Source: Methylorubrum extorquens
GTDB lineage: Bacteria; Pseudomonadota; Alphaproteobacteria; Rhizobiales; Beijerinckiaceae
Length of the DNA: 32,000 bases
Assembly (NCBI GenBank): GCA_900234795.1
Contig: LT962688.1
Span: 2,460,001-2,492,000 of the forward strand
Reading direction: 5' to 3'
Numbering within the stretch: position 1 is the stretch's first letter; every line of letters starts with the position of its first letter. The notes beneath the pieces were generated by a model. It was given only the letters and a program-made list of their open reading frames with translations, made no database searches and was not told the DNA's origin. Shown here in pieces: positions 18,074-25,623 of the stretch. Both the position numbers and the translations under genes were made by a program.

Positions 18074-18469
18074 ATGCTCAAGGGACGCTGCCATTGCGGG
18101 GCCATCACCTACGAGATGCCGAGCGAGGTGGCCCATAACACGCTCTGCCACTGCTCGGATTGCCGGCGCCATTCCGGCGCGCCGATGGTCGGCTGGGCGA
18201 CGGTGCCGGCCGAGCGCGTAACGATCTCCGGCGAACTCTCGGTCTACGCCTCCTCCGAGCACGGACGGCGGCATTTCTGCGGGCGTTGCGGCACCGGCCT
18301 GTTCTACGTCAACGAGCAGACTCTGCCGGGCATGATCGACGTGCAGACCGGCACCCTCGACACGCCTGAAGCCCTGCCGCCGCAGGCGCATATCCAGGTG
18401 GCCGAGCGCGTCGCCTGGATGGAGGAGGCGCACCGGTTGCCAAGCTTCGAGCGGTTTCCGGGCGGTTGA
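18074..18469 (+). CDS. GFA family protein (glutathione-dependent formaldehyde-activating enzyme / CENP-V fold, Zn-binding)
   Basis: GAGGAGG lies 4-5 nt before ATG 18074. The sequence MLKGRCHCGAITYE..CHCSDCRRHSGAP..FCGRCGTGLF shows the characteristic Cys pattern of the GFA family. Confidence 0.85.
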   Translation: MLKGRCHCGAITYEMPSEVAHNTLCHCSDCRRHSGAPMVGWATVPAERVTISGELSVYASSEHGRRHFCGRCGTGLFYVNEQTLPGMIDVQTGTLDTPEALPPQAHIQVAERVAWMEEAHRLPSFERFPGG

Positions 18470-18697
18470 TACCAAGCTGTCTGGACCCCGACCGATGCTT
18501 GCTTTCCGGGCGTTCGGCGGAAGCTCGCCGCGCCGCCGCATGGGCAATCGGCGATGAACCCTCATCGTCGTCGATTGTATGAGGTCTCCTCCGGGACATG
18601 CATGGGGCTTTGTATTCTACCCTATGTTGCATTTACTTGATGCGCCTGCGAAGCAGAACGGGCGGATAGCCGGTCCGTCGCCTGCCAAGAGCCCGTC

Positions 18698-19582
18698 ATG
18701 CCGAGTGCGCCGTGGCCGCTGATCGAGATCTACGTCGCGGCGGTGTCCGACGATAACCGGAGCAGCCTGCGCAGCGCATTGCTGGAATTGGTGGCCGAGA
18801 CTCCGAGCCTTGATTTCTCGACCGATTCGACGACCGGCCGATTCATCTTCAAAGCCGGGACCGAGCGGTGTCTCGGCGTCGCACTCGAGCGTCTCCGAGC
18901 CGGTCCGATCGCCTTCGAGACTGGGCAGCTGCAGGTCGCTTATCGCGAGAGACTGACCCGTCGACGTGAGATCGACTTCCTGCACAAGCGTGTGATCAAA
19001 GGCGACAAAGGCCAGTTCGCGCGCGTGAAGCTCCGGTTCGAACCGAGCGAGCCCGGTGTCGGCAACGTGTTCAACGCGAAGATCCCCGAAGCGACTCTGC
19101 CGAGCGAGTACGTCGATGGTATCGAGAGGGGCGTCGCTTCGGTGCTGAGCGCCGGTGTCGTGGCCAGCCGTCCCGTTATCGACATCACGGCTGAGCTGAT
19201 CGACGGCGCTTATCACGAAATCGATTCTTCGCCCCTCGCCTTCGAAATCGCAGCCCGCGCAGCCTTCCGTGAGGCGCTTCACGGCAGCTCCGTGCTCGCC
19301 GAGCCGATCATGGCAGTCGAAATCGCGGTACCGGAGCGATCCGCCGCCCGGGTGATCAGCGACTTGCAAGGCCGCCGCGGTCTGATCCGGGACAGGAGCG
19401 TGCGCAGCGACGCGACCCTCATCACCGCGACGGTGCCTCTCGCTGAGATGCTTGGGTTTGGTTCGCGCCTGCAATCCGTAGCCGGCGACGAAGCCTGCTT
19501 TTCAATGGCATTCAGCCATTATGCACCCGTCCCATCGTTGGATCTCGATCCGCCGCCGATGGTTGCTGCACTACGCGCGTAA
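18698..19582 (+). CDS. Elongation factor G-like protein comprising only domains III, IV and V (no GTPase domain, no domain II)
   Basis: 294 aa, colinear by eye with the EF-G C-terminal half. Matches: PLIEIYVAAV..LRSALLELVAETPSL, QVAYRER, GDKGQFARVKLRFEP, DGAYHEIDSSPLAFEIAA, AEPIMAVEI.VPE....VISDLQGRRGLI and VPLAEMLGFGSRLQS. There is an in-frame stop at 18638. Only 228 nt separate it from the preceding gene. The RBS is weak (AAGAG). Confidence 0.8.
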   Translation: MPSAPWPLIEIYVAAVSDDNRSSLRSALLELVAETPSLDFSTDSTTGRFIFKAGTERCLGVALERLRAGPIAFETGQLQVAYRERLTRRREIDFLHKRVIKGDKGQFARVKLRFEPSEPGVGNVFNAKIPEATLPSEYVDGIERGVASVLSAGVVASRPVIDITAELIDGAYHEIDSSPLAFEIAARAAFREALHGSSVLAEPIMAVEIAVPERSAARVISDLQGRRGLIRDRSVRSDATLITATVPLAEMLGFGSRLQSVAGDEACFSMAFSHYAPVPSLDLDPPPMVAALRA

Positions 19583-19585
19583 GGA

Positions 19586-19618
19586 TCTTGCGCCGAGCGT
19601 GAGAGCGCTCGCGCAAGA
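19586..19618. other. GC-rich hairpin filling the 39-bp gap between convergent genes (possible bidirectional terminator without a clear U-tract)
   Basis: tcttgcgc-c-gagcg-tgagag-cgctc-gcgcaaga: an outer 8-bp plus an inner 5-bp stem. It sits between TAA 19580-19582 (plus-strand gene) and the TAA complement at 19622-19624 (minus-strand gene). Confidence 0.4.
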
Positions 19619-19621
19619 GAA

Positions 19622-20206
19622 TTAGAACGCCGACAGCCGTCGACAAACCCGCTCGATGAACCGTGCGCGCATCGGTTGCGTGGCCCCATCCATGCCGGTG
19701 AGCGCGATCCAGTCGAGCCGGCAGCGCGGGGCACAAAGCGGGCAGATGCCGAAGCGGAACATCCGCCAATCGGGCCAGCCGACGAGCCAGAGCAGCCAGC
19801 GCGGCGAGCCGTAGGTCGTCACCACGGCAATCCGTCGGATGTTGGTGAGGCGTGGTTGCAGCACCTTCGCCCCGCCCAGCGCGAAGGCCACGCCCGGCAG
19901 CCAGACCCGGTCGAACCAGCCTTTCAGCATGGCCGGCGGCCCGAACCACCATGTCGGGTAGACGAGGACCAAAGCCTCGGCCCGGCGCAGCGCGGCGATG
20001 TGGCCGGCAAGGTCCGGCCGCCCGGCACCCTCGTCGTAATAGGCGCCCCGTTCCGCCGCGCTCAGCCGCGGATCGAAACCCTCTTCGTAGAGATCGAGCC
20101 GTTCGATCACATGGCCCGCCGCTTCGAGCGCGGTGGCGGCGGTGTCGCATAGGGCCGCGTTGAAGCTGTCGCGGCGGGGATGGCAATGGACCAGCAGGAC
20201 GCGCAT
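19622..20206 (-). CDS. Flavodoxin-like fold NAD(P)H dehydrogenase (quinone) family protein
   Basis: MRVLLVHCHPRRDSFNAAL..LDLY.EGFDP, followed by VLVYPTWWFGPPAMLKGWFDRV, typical of the Flavodoxin_2 / NQO-type family. It starts 6 nt after the stop of the upstream transglycosylase gene. Confidence 0.8.
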   Translation of the reverse strand: MRVLLVHCHPRRDSFNAALCDTAATALEAAGHVIERLDLYEEGFDPRLSAAERGAYYDEGAGRPDLAGHIAALRRAEALVLVYPTWWFGPPAMLKGWFDRVWLPGVAFALGGAKVLQPRLTNIRRIAVVTTYGSPRWLLWLVGWPDWRMFRFGICPLCAPRCRLDWIALTGMDGATQPMRARFIERVCRRLSAF

Positions 20207-20212
20207 CGGCGG

Positions 20213-21454
20213 CTACGGTACCGGCGCGTTCGCTGCCCGCACCCGATCGAGCAGGGCGGCATCGGCATAGCCGTCGGGGACGAGGCCCTTGGCTTCCTGG
20301 AAGGCGCGGATCGCGGCGCGGGTCTTCGGGCCGATCTTGCCGTCGGCGCCGCCGACCGGATGGCCCAGCGCCGCGAGCCGGGTCTGCAGGTCGGTGCGCT
20401 CCTCGGTCGTGAGCATGCGATCGGTCCGCGGCCAGTCGCGGGTGAAGCCGGGTGCGCCGCGCAGCCGGTCGGAGAGATGCGCCACGGTGAGCGCGTAGGC
20501 GAGTGCCGTGTTGTAGCGCAGGATCACCCGGAAGTTCGGCTCCAGCAGGAAGGCCGGCCCCTTCGCGCCCGTCGGCAGCAGCAGGGCAGCGCGGCGCGCC
20601 GCACCATCAGGAAAGGCGCCGTTGGCCGGCTTGAGGCCGAGCCTTTGCCATTCGGCGAAGGGCCGCTCGGTGATCTCGTCGGCGACCCGGTAATCGAACC
20701 CGTCCGGCAGCAGCACCTCAAGACCCCAGCCTTCGCCCGCGCGCCAGCCGGACTGCTTCAGGAAGTTGGCGGTCGAGGCGAGCGCGTCGGGCACCGAGTG
20801 CCAGATGTCGCGCCGGCCGTCGCCGTCGAAATCGACCGCGTGGCGCAGGAAGGCGGTCGGCATGAACTGGGTGTGGCCCATGGCGCCGGCCCAGGACCCG
20901 CGCATCCGTTCCGCGTCGGCATCGCCGTCGGCGAGGATCTTCAGGGCCGCGACGAGTTCGTCGCGCCACAGGCCGGGCCGGGCGGGATCGCCGCAGGCCA
21001 GCGTCGCCAGCGCCGGAACGACGGGACGCATGCCGGCGCCTTCGAGGGCGGCCCCGAAATTCGACTCGACGCCCCAGAAGGCGACGAGGATGTGCCGATC
21101 GACGCCGTAGGCCGCCTCGATCCGCCCCAACACCTCGGACCACTGGGCGAGCTTGGCTTGACCCGTCGCGATCCGCTCCGGCGTGACGCTCGCCTCGATA
21201 TACTCCCAGACCGGCTTCACGAACTCAGCCTGCGACTGGGTCGCCGGCACCACCGACGGATCGTGCGCGATCCCCGACAGGGCCATCCCGGCCACTGTCC
21301 GCGGAACCCCTCGCTCCTCCGCGAGCGTCTTCAATTCACCGAGGCAACGCGCGAAATCCGGCGGCGCCGGGTCGGTCGGTGCCTCGGCCCGCGCCGGGAT
21401 CGGCCCGGCGAGGATCGCGGTGGCGAGAAGGAGCGCTTTGGCAGAGGGCTGCAT
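20213..21454 (-). CDS. Lytic murein transglycosylase (MltB-like) with a C-terminal peptidoglycan-binding domain
   Basis: Signal peptide MQPSAKALLLATAILAGPIPARA. MltB-family motifs: ILVAFWGVESNFG, SWAGAMGHTQFMP, NFLK..GW and YN....YA. The C-terminal L..LG......DG..G..TR.AI..FQ...GL..DGY is a PG_binding_1-type repeat. Confidence 0.9.
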   Translation of the reverse strand: MQPSAKALLLATAILAGPIPARAEAPTDPAPPDFARCLGELKTLAEERGVPRTVAGMALSGIAHDPSVVPATQSQAEFVKPVWEYIEASVTPERIATGQAKLAQWSEVLGRIEAAYGVDRHILVAFWGVESNFGAALEGAGMRPVVPALATLACGDPARPGLWRDELVAALKILADGDADAERMRGSWAGAMGHTQFMPTAFLRHAVDFDGDGRRDIWHSVPDALASTANFLKQSGWRAGEGWGLEVLLPDGFDYRVADEITERPFAEWQRLGLKPANGAFPDGAARRAALLLPTGAKGPAFLLEPNFRVILRYNTALAYALTVAHLSDRLRGAPGFTRDWPRTDRMLTTEERTDLQTRLAALGHPVGGADGKIGPKTRAAIRAFQEAKGLVPDGYADAALLDRVRAANAPVP

Positions 21455-21500
21455 GGGCGCAGCCTTACCATTTCTCCGGCCGATCGCGCGACCGGGCGCG

Positions 21501-22199
21501 TCAGCTTCCGAAGGCGCTCGCCCGGGCGAAGGCGGCGGCGAAGCCGGCGAGCGGCACGGTGATGATCGTCGGCTCCTTGGCGTCCGGCTTCGTCGCCGAG
21601 ACGGTGAGGCTGGTCGCCGTCTTCATCGTGTCGGTGGCCAGCGTCGGCAGGCTGATCGGTACGAGGCAGCCGTCGCTGACGCAGAACGAGAAGGGCGCGC
21701 CCTTGCCGAGTTGCCGGTCGTCGAGCTTGAACGAGACGCCGGGCTCGATCTGAAGGCCGAACGGCATCAGGATCAGCCCCTCGCTCTTCCCGTCCTTGGG
21801 CGGGCGCAGCTCGACGCTGAACAGCCGCTTGCCCGTGCGCCGGTCGCCCTGCGACTGGATGATCACGCAATCGGTGCGCGCCTCGGCGCGGTTGCAGTTC
21901 ATCGTCCAATCGCCGTAGCTCTCGCTGACCGAGGTGGCACCGGGCGGCCACTGGGCCGATCCGGAGGCCGCTGCGGGTTCCAGCACCGTGCCGGAGGGCG
22001 CGGCGCTCGCCGGCTCTTTCGCCTCTTCCTTCTTCGGTGCCGGCTTGCGCGGGCGCGGCTTGGGTCGCGCGGCCGGCTCCGCGGGGGCGGCCTCGGGCGC
22101 GGCATCCTGAGCGGAGGCGATGGTCGGCCCGACCAGGGCCATCAATCCGGCGAGCAGAAGCGCCGTGGAGGACGCGGTTCCGCGGGACAGGGACGGCAT
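21501..22199 (-). CDS. Invasion-associated locus B (IalB)-like secreted protein
   Basis: Signal peptide (ALLLAGLMALVGPTIASA) followed by an Ala/Pro/Lys-rich linker. The IalB-like core is YGDWTMNC......C.I.Q..........LFSVEL.P........ILMPFGL....GV....D.......F..C...GC. Confidence 0.78.
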   Translation of the reverse strand: MPSLSRGTASSTALLLAGLMALVGPTIASAQDAAPEAAPAEPAARPKPRPRKPAPKKEEAKEPASAAPSGTVLEPAAASGSAQWPPGATSVSESYGDWTMNCNRAEARTDCVIIQSQGDRRTGKRLFSVELRPPKDGKSEGLILMPFGLQIEPGVSFKLDDRQLGKGAPFSFCVSDGCLVPISLPTLATDTMKTATSLTVSATKPDAKEPTIITVPLAGFAAAFARASAFGS

Positions 22200-22529
22200 G
22201 GTGGAGCTCCTGCGAGTGTCGTCCGGGGCTCTGAGACTGCCTCACACAACGTCCGATCACCGATCGTCTCCCTTCCGGGCCCGTTGGCGCGGCAGGAGTT
22301 GTGTAGGAGACACTAAGCCCTTGTTTTAACGTGCTCTCTTGCGCCGGGCCGGTATCCGGCCCAGCCGAGAGCGCTCTAGCCCCGCTTGATCAAGGATGCA
22401 ATTGCAGGGACGCCGCACGGCACGGGACAATGGTATTTCCAGTCGAGCCTGGAATCGTTCCACGAAATTCAGGACAATATCACCCTTGGGGGCGGGACTA
22501 TTGAGCAATCGACGGCGTTGGGAGCGGTC

Positions 22530-23024
22530 ATGAGCAACCTCTACGATCATGCTCCGCGCGACGCGCGTGGCGGACTGCATCCCCTGTCGCAGTATCGCGG
22601 CAAGGTGCTTCTGGTGGTCAACACCGCCTCGAAATGCGGGTTCACGCCGCAATATCAGGGCTTGGAGACCCTATGGCGGCGTCATCGCGCCCGCGGCCTC
22701 GTGGTGCTCGGCCTGCCCTGCAACCAGTTCGGTGCGCAGGAGCCGGGCGATGCCGCCGCCATCGAGCAGTTCTGCTCGTTGACCTACGACGTGACCTTTC
22801 CGGTCCTCGCCAAGGTCGAGGTCAACGGCCCCGGCGCCGACCCGCTCTATGTCGATCTCAAGCGCGAGAAGCCCGGCCTGTTCGGCACGCAGGCCATCAA
22901 GTGGAATTTCACGAAATTCCTGATCGGCCGGGACGGCCGGGTGATCGGCCGCTTCTCCCCATCCACGAAGCCCGAGGCCTTGGACGGTGCGATCGAGCGG
23001 GCCCTGGCGGAGCCGGGCGAGTAG
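22530..23024 (+). CDS. Glutathione peroxidase (Cys-type, not selenocysteine)
   Basis: ATG 22530 gives MSNLYDH..G....LSQYRGKVLLVVNTASKCGFTPQY..LE.L......GL.VLG.PCNQFG.QEPG....I..FC...Y.VTFP...K..VNG....PLY..LK......IKWNFTKFL. These are canonical GPx motifs. The upstream extension to 22386 has no homology. Confidence 0.93.
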   Translation: MSNLYDHAPRDARGGLHPLSQYRGKVLLVVNTASKCGFTPQYQGLETLWRRHRARGLVVLGLPCNQFGAQEPGDAAAIEQFCSLTYDVTFPVLAKVEVNGPGADPLYVDLKREKPGLFGTQAIKWNFTKFLIGRDGRVIGRFSPSTKPEALDGAIERALAEPGE

Positions 23025-23027
23025 CCT

Positions 23028-23825
23028 TTACCGCCCCGCCCGTGCCGTCGGCCCCGGATCGATCGCCGGCAGCTCGCCGGGGGGCAGGCCGGGGATCGCG
23101 GCGGATGCCTGCGGCGCTTCGAGGCCGCGGGCGCGATTGGCGAGCGCCACGGTCAGCTTCTCGGCCGGCTCCGAGCCCATTAGGGCGAGCACCTCGGCCA
23201 TCTTGCGCGGGTTCATCGCCGTCACGATCGGCACCAGCGTCTCAAGGTTCAGGCGGTCGAAGACCCGGGCCGCGTCCTTCGGCTTCATCGTCTCGTACAT
23301 GAGGACGATGCCCTTCATCCCGGCCTTCTCCGCCTCGGCCCGCTTGGTCCCCTCGGACCCGACCTTGTCCTCGGCCCCCTTCAGGTCGGCCACGCCGGTT
23401 TCGAGCTTGCGCTCGGCATCCTTGAGCATCTGCTCGCGCAGGTCGAGTTCGTCCCGGCGCTGCTTGAGCGTGTCGCGGCGGGCCGCGAGCTTTTCCAGGA
23501 TCGCCCGCTCGCTATCCGAGACCGGTTCGGGCACCTGCGGCTGGTAGACCGGCGGCGGAGCGGGTTCCGCCGTCTTCGGCGGCGCCGAGACGGAGCCCGT
23601 GGTCGTCGGGTCGGTCGGCTCGTAATTGGTGCGCGCCTTGGCCAGCACGCGGGCGAAGTCCGGCAGCGGCGCGCCGGGCGCCGGCTCGTCCGCAGCCATC
23701 AGCGCGGTGAGTTTGAGCACGAGAAGCCCGATCGCCGCCAGGGTCACGGCGTCGATCAGGCGCAGCCGGAAGGGGCGCGCCGGAAGGCTCGCGAGACGTG
23801 CGAGTCGGCGCGCGGGAAGGGTCAT
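23028..23825 (-). CDS. motE: MotE-family flagellar protein (N-terminal TM anchor, coiled coil, MgtE_N/FlbB-like C-terminal region)
   Basis: Features are the TM segment AVTLAAIGLLVLKLTALM, a Pro-rich linker, a charged coiled coil, then YETMKPKDAARVFDRLNLETLVPIVTAMNPRKMAEVLALM. It is last in the fliL-fliM operon, and its start overlaps the upstream stop (ATGA 23822-23825). Confidence 0.7.
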   Translation of the reverse strand: MTLPARRLARLASLPARPFRLRLIDAVTLAAIGLLVLKLTALMAADEPAPGAPLPDFARVLAKARTNYEPTDPTTTGSVSAPPKTAEPAPPPVYQPQVPEPVSDSERAILEKLAARRDTLKQRRDELDLREQMLKDAERKLETGVADLKGAEDKVGSEGTKRAEAEKAGMKGIVLMYETMKPKDAARVFDRLNLETLVPIVTAMNPRKMAEVLALMGSEPAEKLTVALANRARGLEAPQASAAIPGLPPGELPAIDPGPTARAGR

Positions 23826-24310
23826 GCGGCCCTGGCCCGGAGGCGATCGAGGGCGCGTTCGGACAGGGCCTGGGCCGCGGCGAGCGCCGCGCCGACGCGC
23901 TCACCGTTGCCGATGGCGGGCACGGCCTCGATGGCCACCGGACGCGGCGCGGCGGGCGCGGCGGCAGGCGCCGCCGTGGTCCGCGCCTGGCCGACGATGG
24001 CCGCGATGCGGCTGATCACGCTCTCCCCCGCTTGCACATGCGCGGCGAGATCGGTGCTGGTGCGCTCGGCGCCGGCGAGACGTTCGGTCAGCGTCCGGTC
24101 GCACTCGTCGAGGGTGGCGCGCAGGCCGGCGATGGCCCGCTCGGCGGTGGCGCTCGCCACCACGAGGTCGCCGATGGTGGAGCGCAGGGCCGCCTCGTCC
24201 GCCTTGAGCCGGTTGATACGCCCCGACAGCTTCACCGAGGAGGCGATGGTGGCGACCAGAAGAACGGCGACGAGCACGTCGGCGGCCATCGAGACGAAGA
24301 AGGTCATCAT
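23822..24310 (-). CDS. Uncharacterised membrane-anchored protein of the fliLM operon (possibly DUF6468-type; name not verifiable here)
   Basis: AGGAAG lies 4 nt before ATG-ATG 24310. The sequence is MMTFFVSMAADVLVAVLLVATIASSV (TM segment) followed by helical KLSGRINRLKADEAALRSTIGDL..ATLDECDRTLTERL... It starts 14 nt after the fliM stop. The track ORF start at 24433 would overlap fliM. Confidence 0.55.
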   Translation of the reverse strand: MMTFFVSMAADVLVAVLLVATIASSVKLSGRINRLKADEAALRSTIGDLVVASATAERAIAGLRATLDECDRTLTERLAGAERTSTDLAAHVQAGESVISRIAAIVGQARTTAAPAAAPAAPRPVAIEAVPAIGNGERVGAALAAAQALSERALDRLRARAA

Positions 24311-24323
24311 GGTCTTCCTGCCG

Positions 24324-25544
24324 CTACCCGTCGTTACGGTTCTGCATCGAGATCTCGTAGGCCTGCAGCGTTGTGCGAGACTGCCGCAGCGGCCGGGCGA
24401 TCTGCACCGCGATCGCATCGTCGATCCGGCCAATCCGCCCTTGCGTCAGCGCCCAGTCGCCGCAGCGCACGGTGATGAGGTCCGAGGGCTTGCGGTCGAA
24501 CATCAGTGTGTCGCCGACCTTGAGGTTGAGCACCCGCTTCAAGGGCAGCGTCACCTCATGCAGCACCGCCTCCATGTCCACATCCGCCTGCCAGATCTCG
24601 GTGGCGAGGTGGCTCTCCCAGACCTGATCGCGCCCGAGCCGCTCGCCCATGAAGCTCTGCATCAGCAGGTCACGGATTGGCTCGACCGTCGCGTAGGGGA
24701 ACAGGATCTGCATCCCGCCGCCGCGCCCGTCCATGTCGAGCTTGAGCGTGATCAGGATCGCGGCGTTGCCGGGCCGGGTGATGGTGGCGAAGCGCGGGTT
24801 GGTCTCGATGCGGTCGATGCCGAAGCGCACCGGCGAGAGCGGCTGGAACGAGAGTTCGAGGTCGGTGAGGATGATCTCGACGAGGCGGCGCACCAGGCTC
24901 ATCTCGATCGTGGTGAAGGGCCGCCCGTCGAGCCGGCTCGACGAGCCGCCGCGCTTGCCCCCGAGCAGGAGATCCATGGTCGAGTAGGCGAGCGTCTGCT
25001 CGACGGTGACGAGGCCCGAGCCCTCCCAGGCATCGGCCTTGAACACGCCGAGCAGGGTCGGGAGCGGGATCGCGTTGAGATAGTCGCCGAAGCGGACCGA
25101 GGTGATGTTGTCGAGGGTCACCTCGACGTTGTCCTGGAAGAAGTTGCGCAAGGACGTCGACAGCAACCGGATCATCCGGTCGAAGACGATTTCCAGCATC
25201 GGCAGGCGTTCGTACTGAACGACGCCCGAATCGACGATGGCGCGCACACCCCCCGCGCCGGAGGCGGAGAGTTCGCGCAGGGAGAATCCGAGGACGCCGT
25301 CGATCTCGTCCTGGTTCAGGATGCGGTCGTTGCCGGCGAGTTCGGGGAGATTCTCGGTCTCCCCGTCCTCGATCATCGTCGCCCATTCGGCGGCGACGTC
25401 GCCGGCGCTCTTGGTCGTGCCCTGCTCAGCGAGCGCCGCGCCCCATTCCTCGGCCAGCGACGCGTCGCCGCCACCGCCCTCGCCGCCCTGCTCGGCAAAG
25501 GCGGCCGCCCAATCGTCCTCCAGCTCGTCTTCGGGGCCGATCAT
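24324..25544 (-). CDS. fliM: Flagellar motor switch protein FliM
   Basis: 406 aa. It has the CheY-docking-type motif ILNQDEIDGVLGF, a FliM middle domain (ERLPMLEIVFDR..R.L..SLR.F) and a C-terminal FliN-like domain (L..VL.LKVGD.L.FD.). It lies downstream of fliL. Confidence 0.92.
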   Translation of the reverse strand: MIGPEDELEDDWAAAFAEQGGEGGGGDASLAEEWGAALAEQGTTKSAGDVAAEWATMIEDGETENLPELAGNDRILNQDEIDGVLGFSLRELSASGAGGVRAIVDSGVVQYERLPMLEIVFDRMIRLLSTSLRNFFQDNVEVTLDNITSVRFGDYLNAIPLPTLLGVFKADAWEGSGLVTVEQTLAYSTMDLLLGGKRGGSSSRLDGRPFTTIEMSLVRRLVEIILTDLELSFQPLSPVRFGIDRIETNPRFATITRPGNAAILITLKLDMDGRGGGMQILFPYATVEPIRDLLMQSFMGERLGRDQVWESHLATEIWQADVDMEAVLHEVTLPLKRVLNLKVGDTLMFDRKPSDLITVRCGDWALTQGRIGRIDDAIAVQIARPLRQSRTTLQAYEISMQNRNDG

Positions 25545-25623
25545 GCCTGTCGCGCGCTCGCGGTTGTCTTACGAAAGGGGGATTCGGAGGGATCTAGGTG
25601 TGGGGACGGGGCGGCCGCGCGAT

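Noticed and set aside
19035-19044. GGTTCGAACC, a tRNA T-loop-like string.
   Set aside because: It lies inside the EF-G-like coding frame (encoding RFEP). No acceptor, D or anticodon arms can be drawn around it. I found no tRNA elsewhere in the window.
18617-19474. 285-aa minus-strand ORF opposite the EF-G-like gene.
   Set aside because: The plus-strand frame carries colinear EF-G homology. The minus-strand translation has none.
22386-22529. Upstream extension of the glutathione peroxidase ORF from a TTG start.
   Set aside because: GPx homology starts at ATG 22530, which has GGAG upstream. The extension lies in AT-richer promoter-like DNA.
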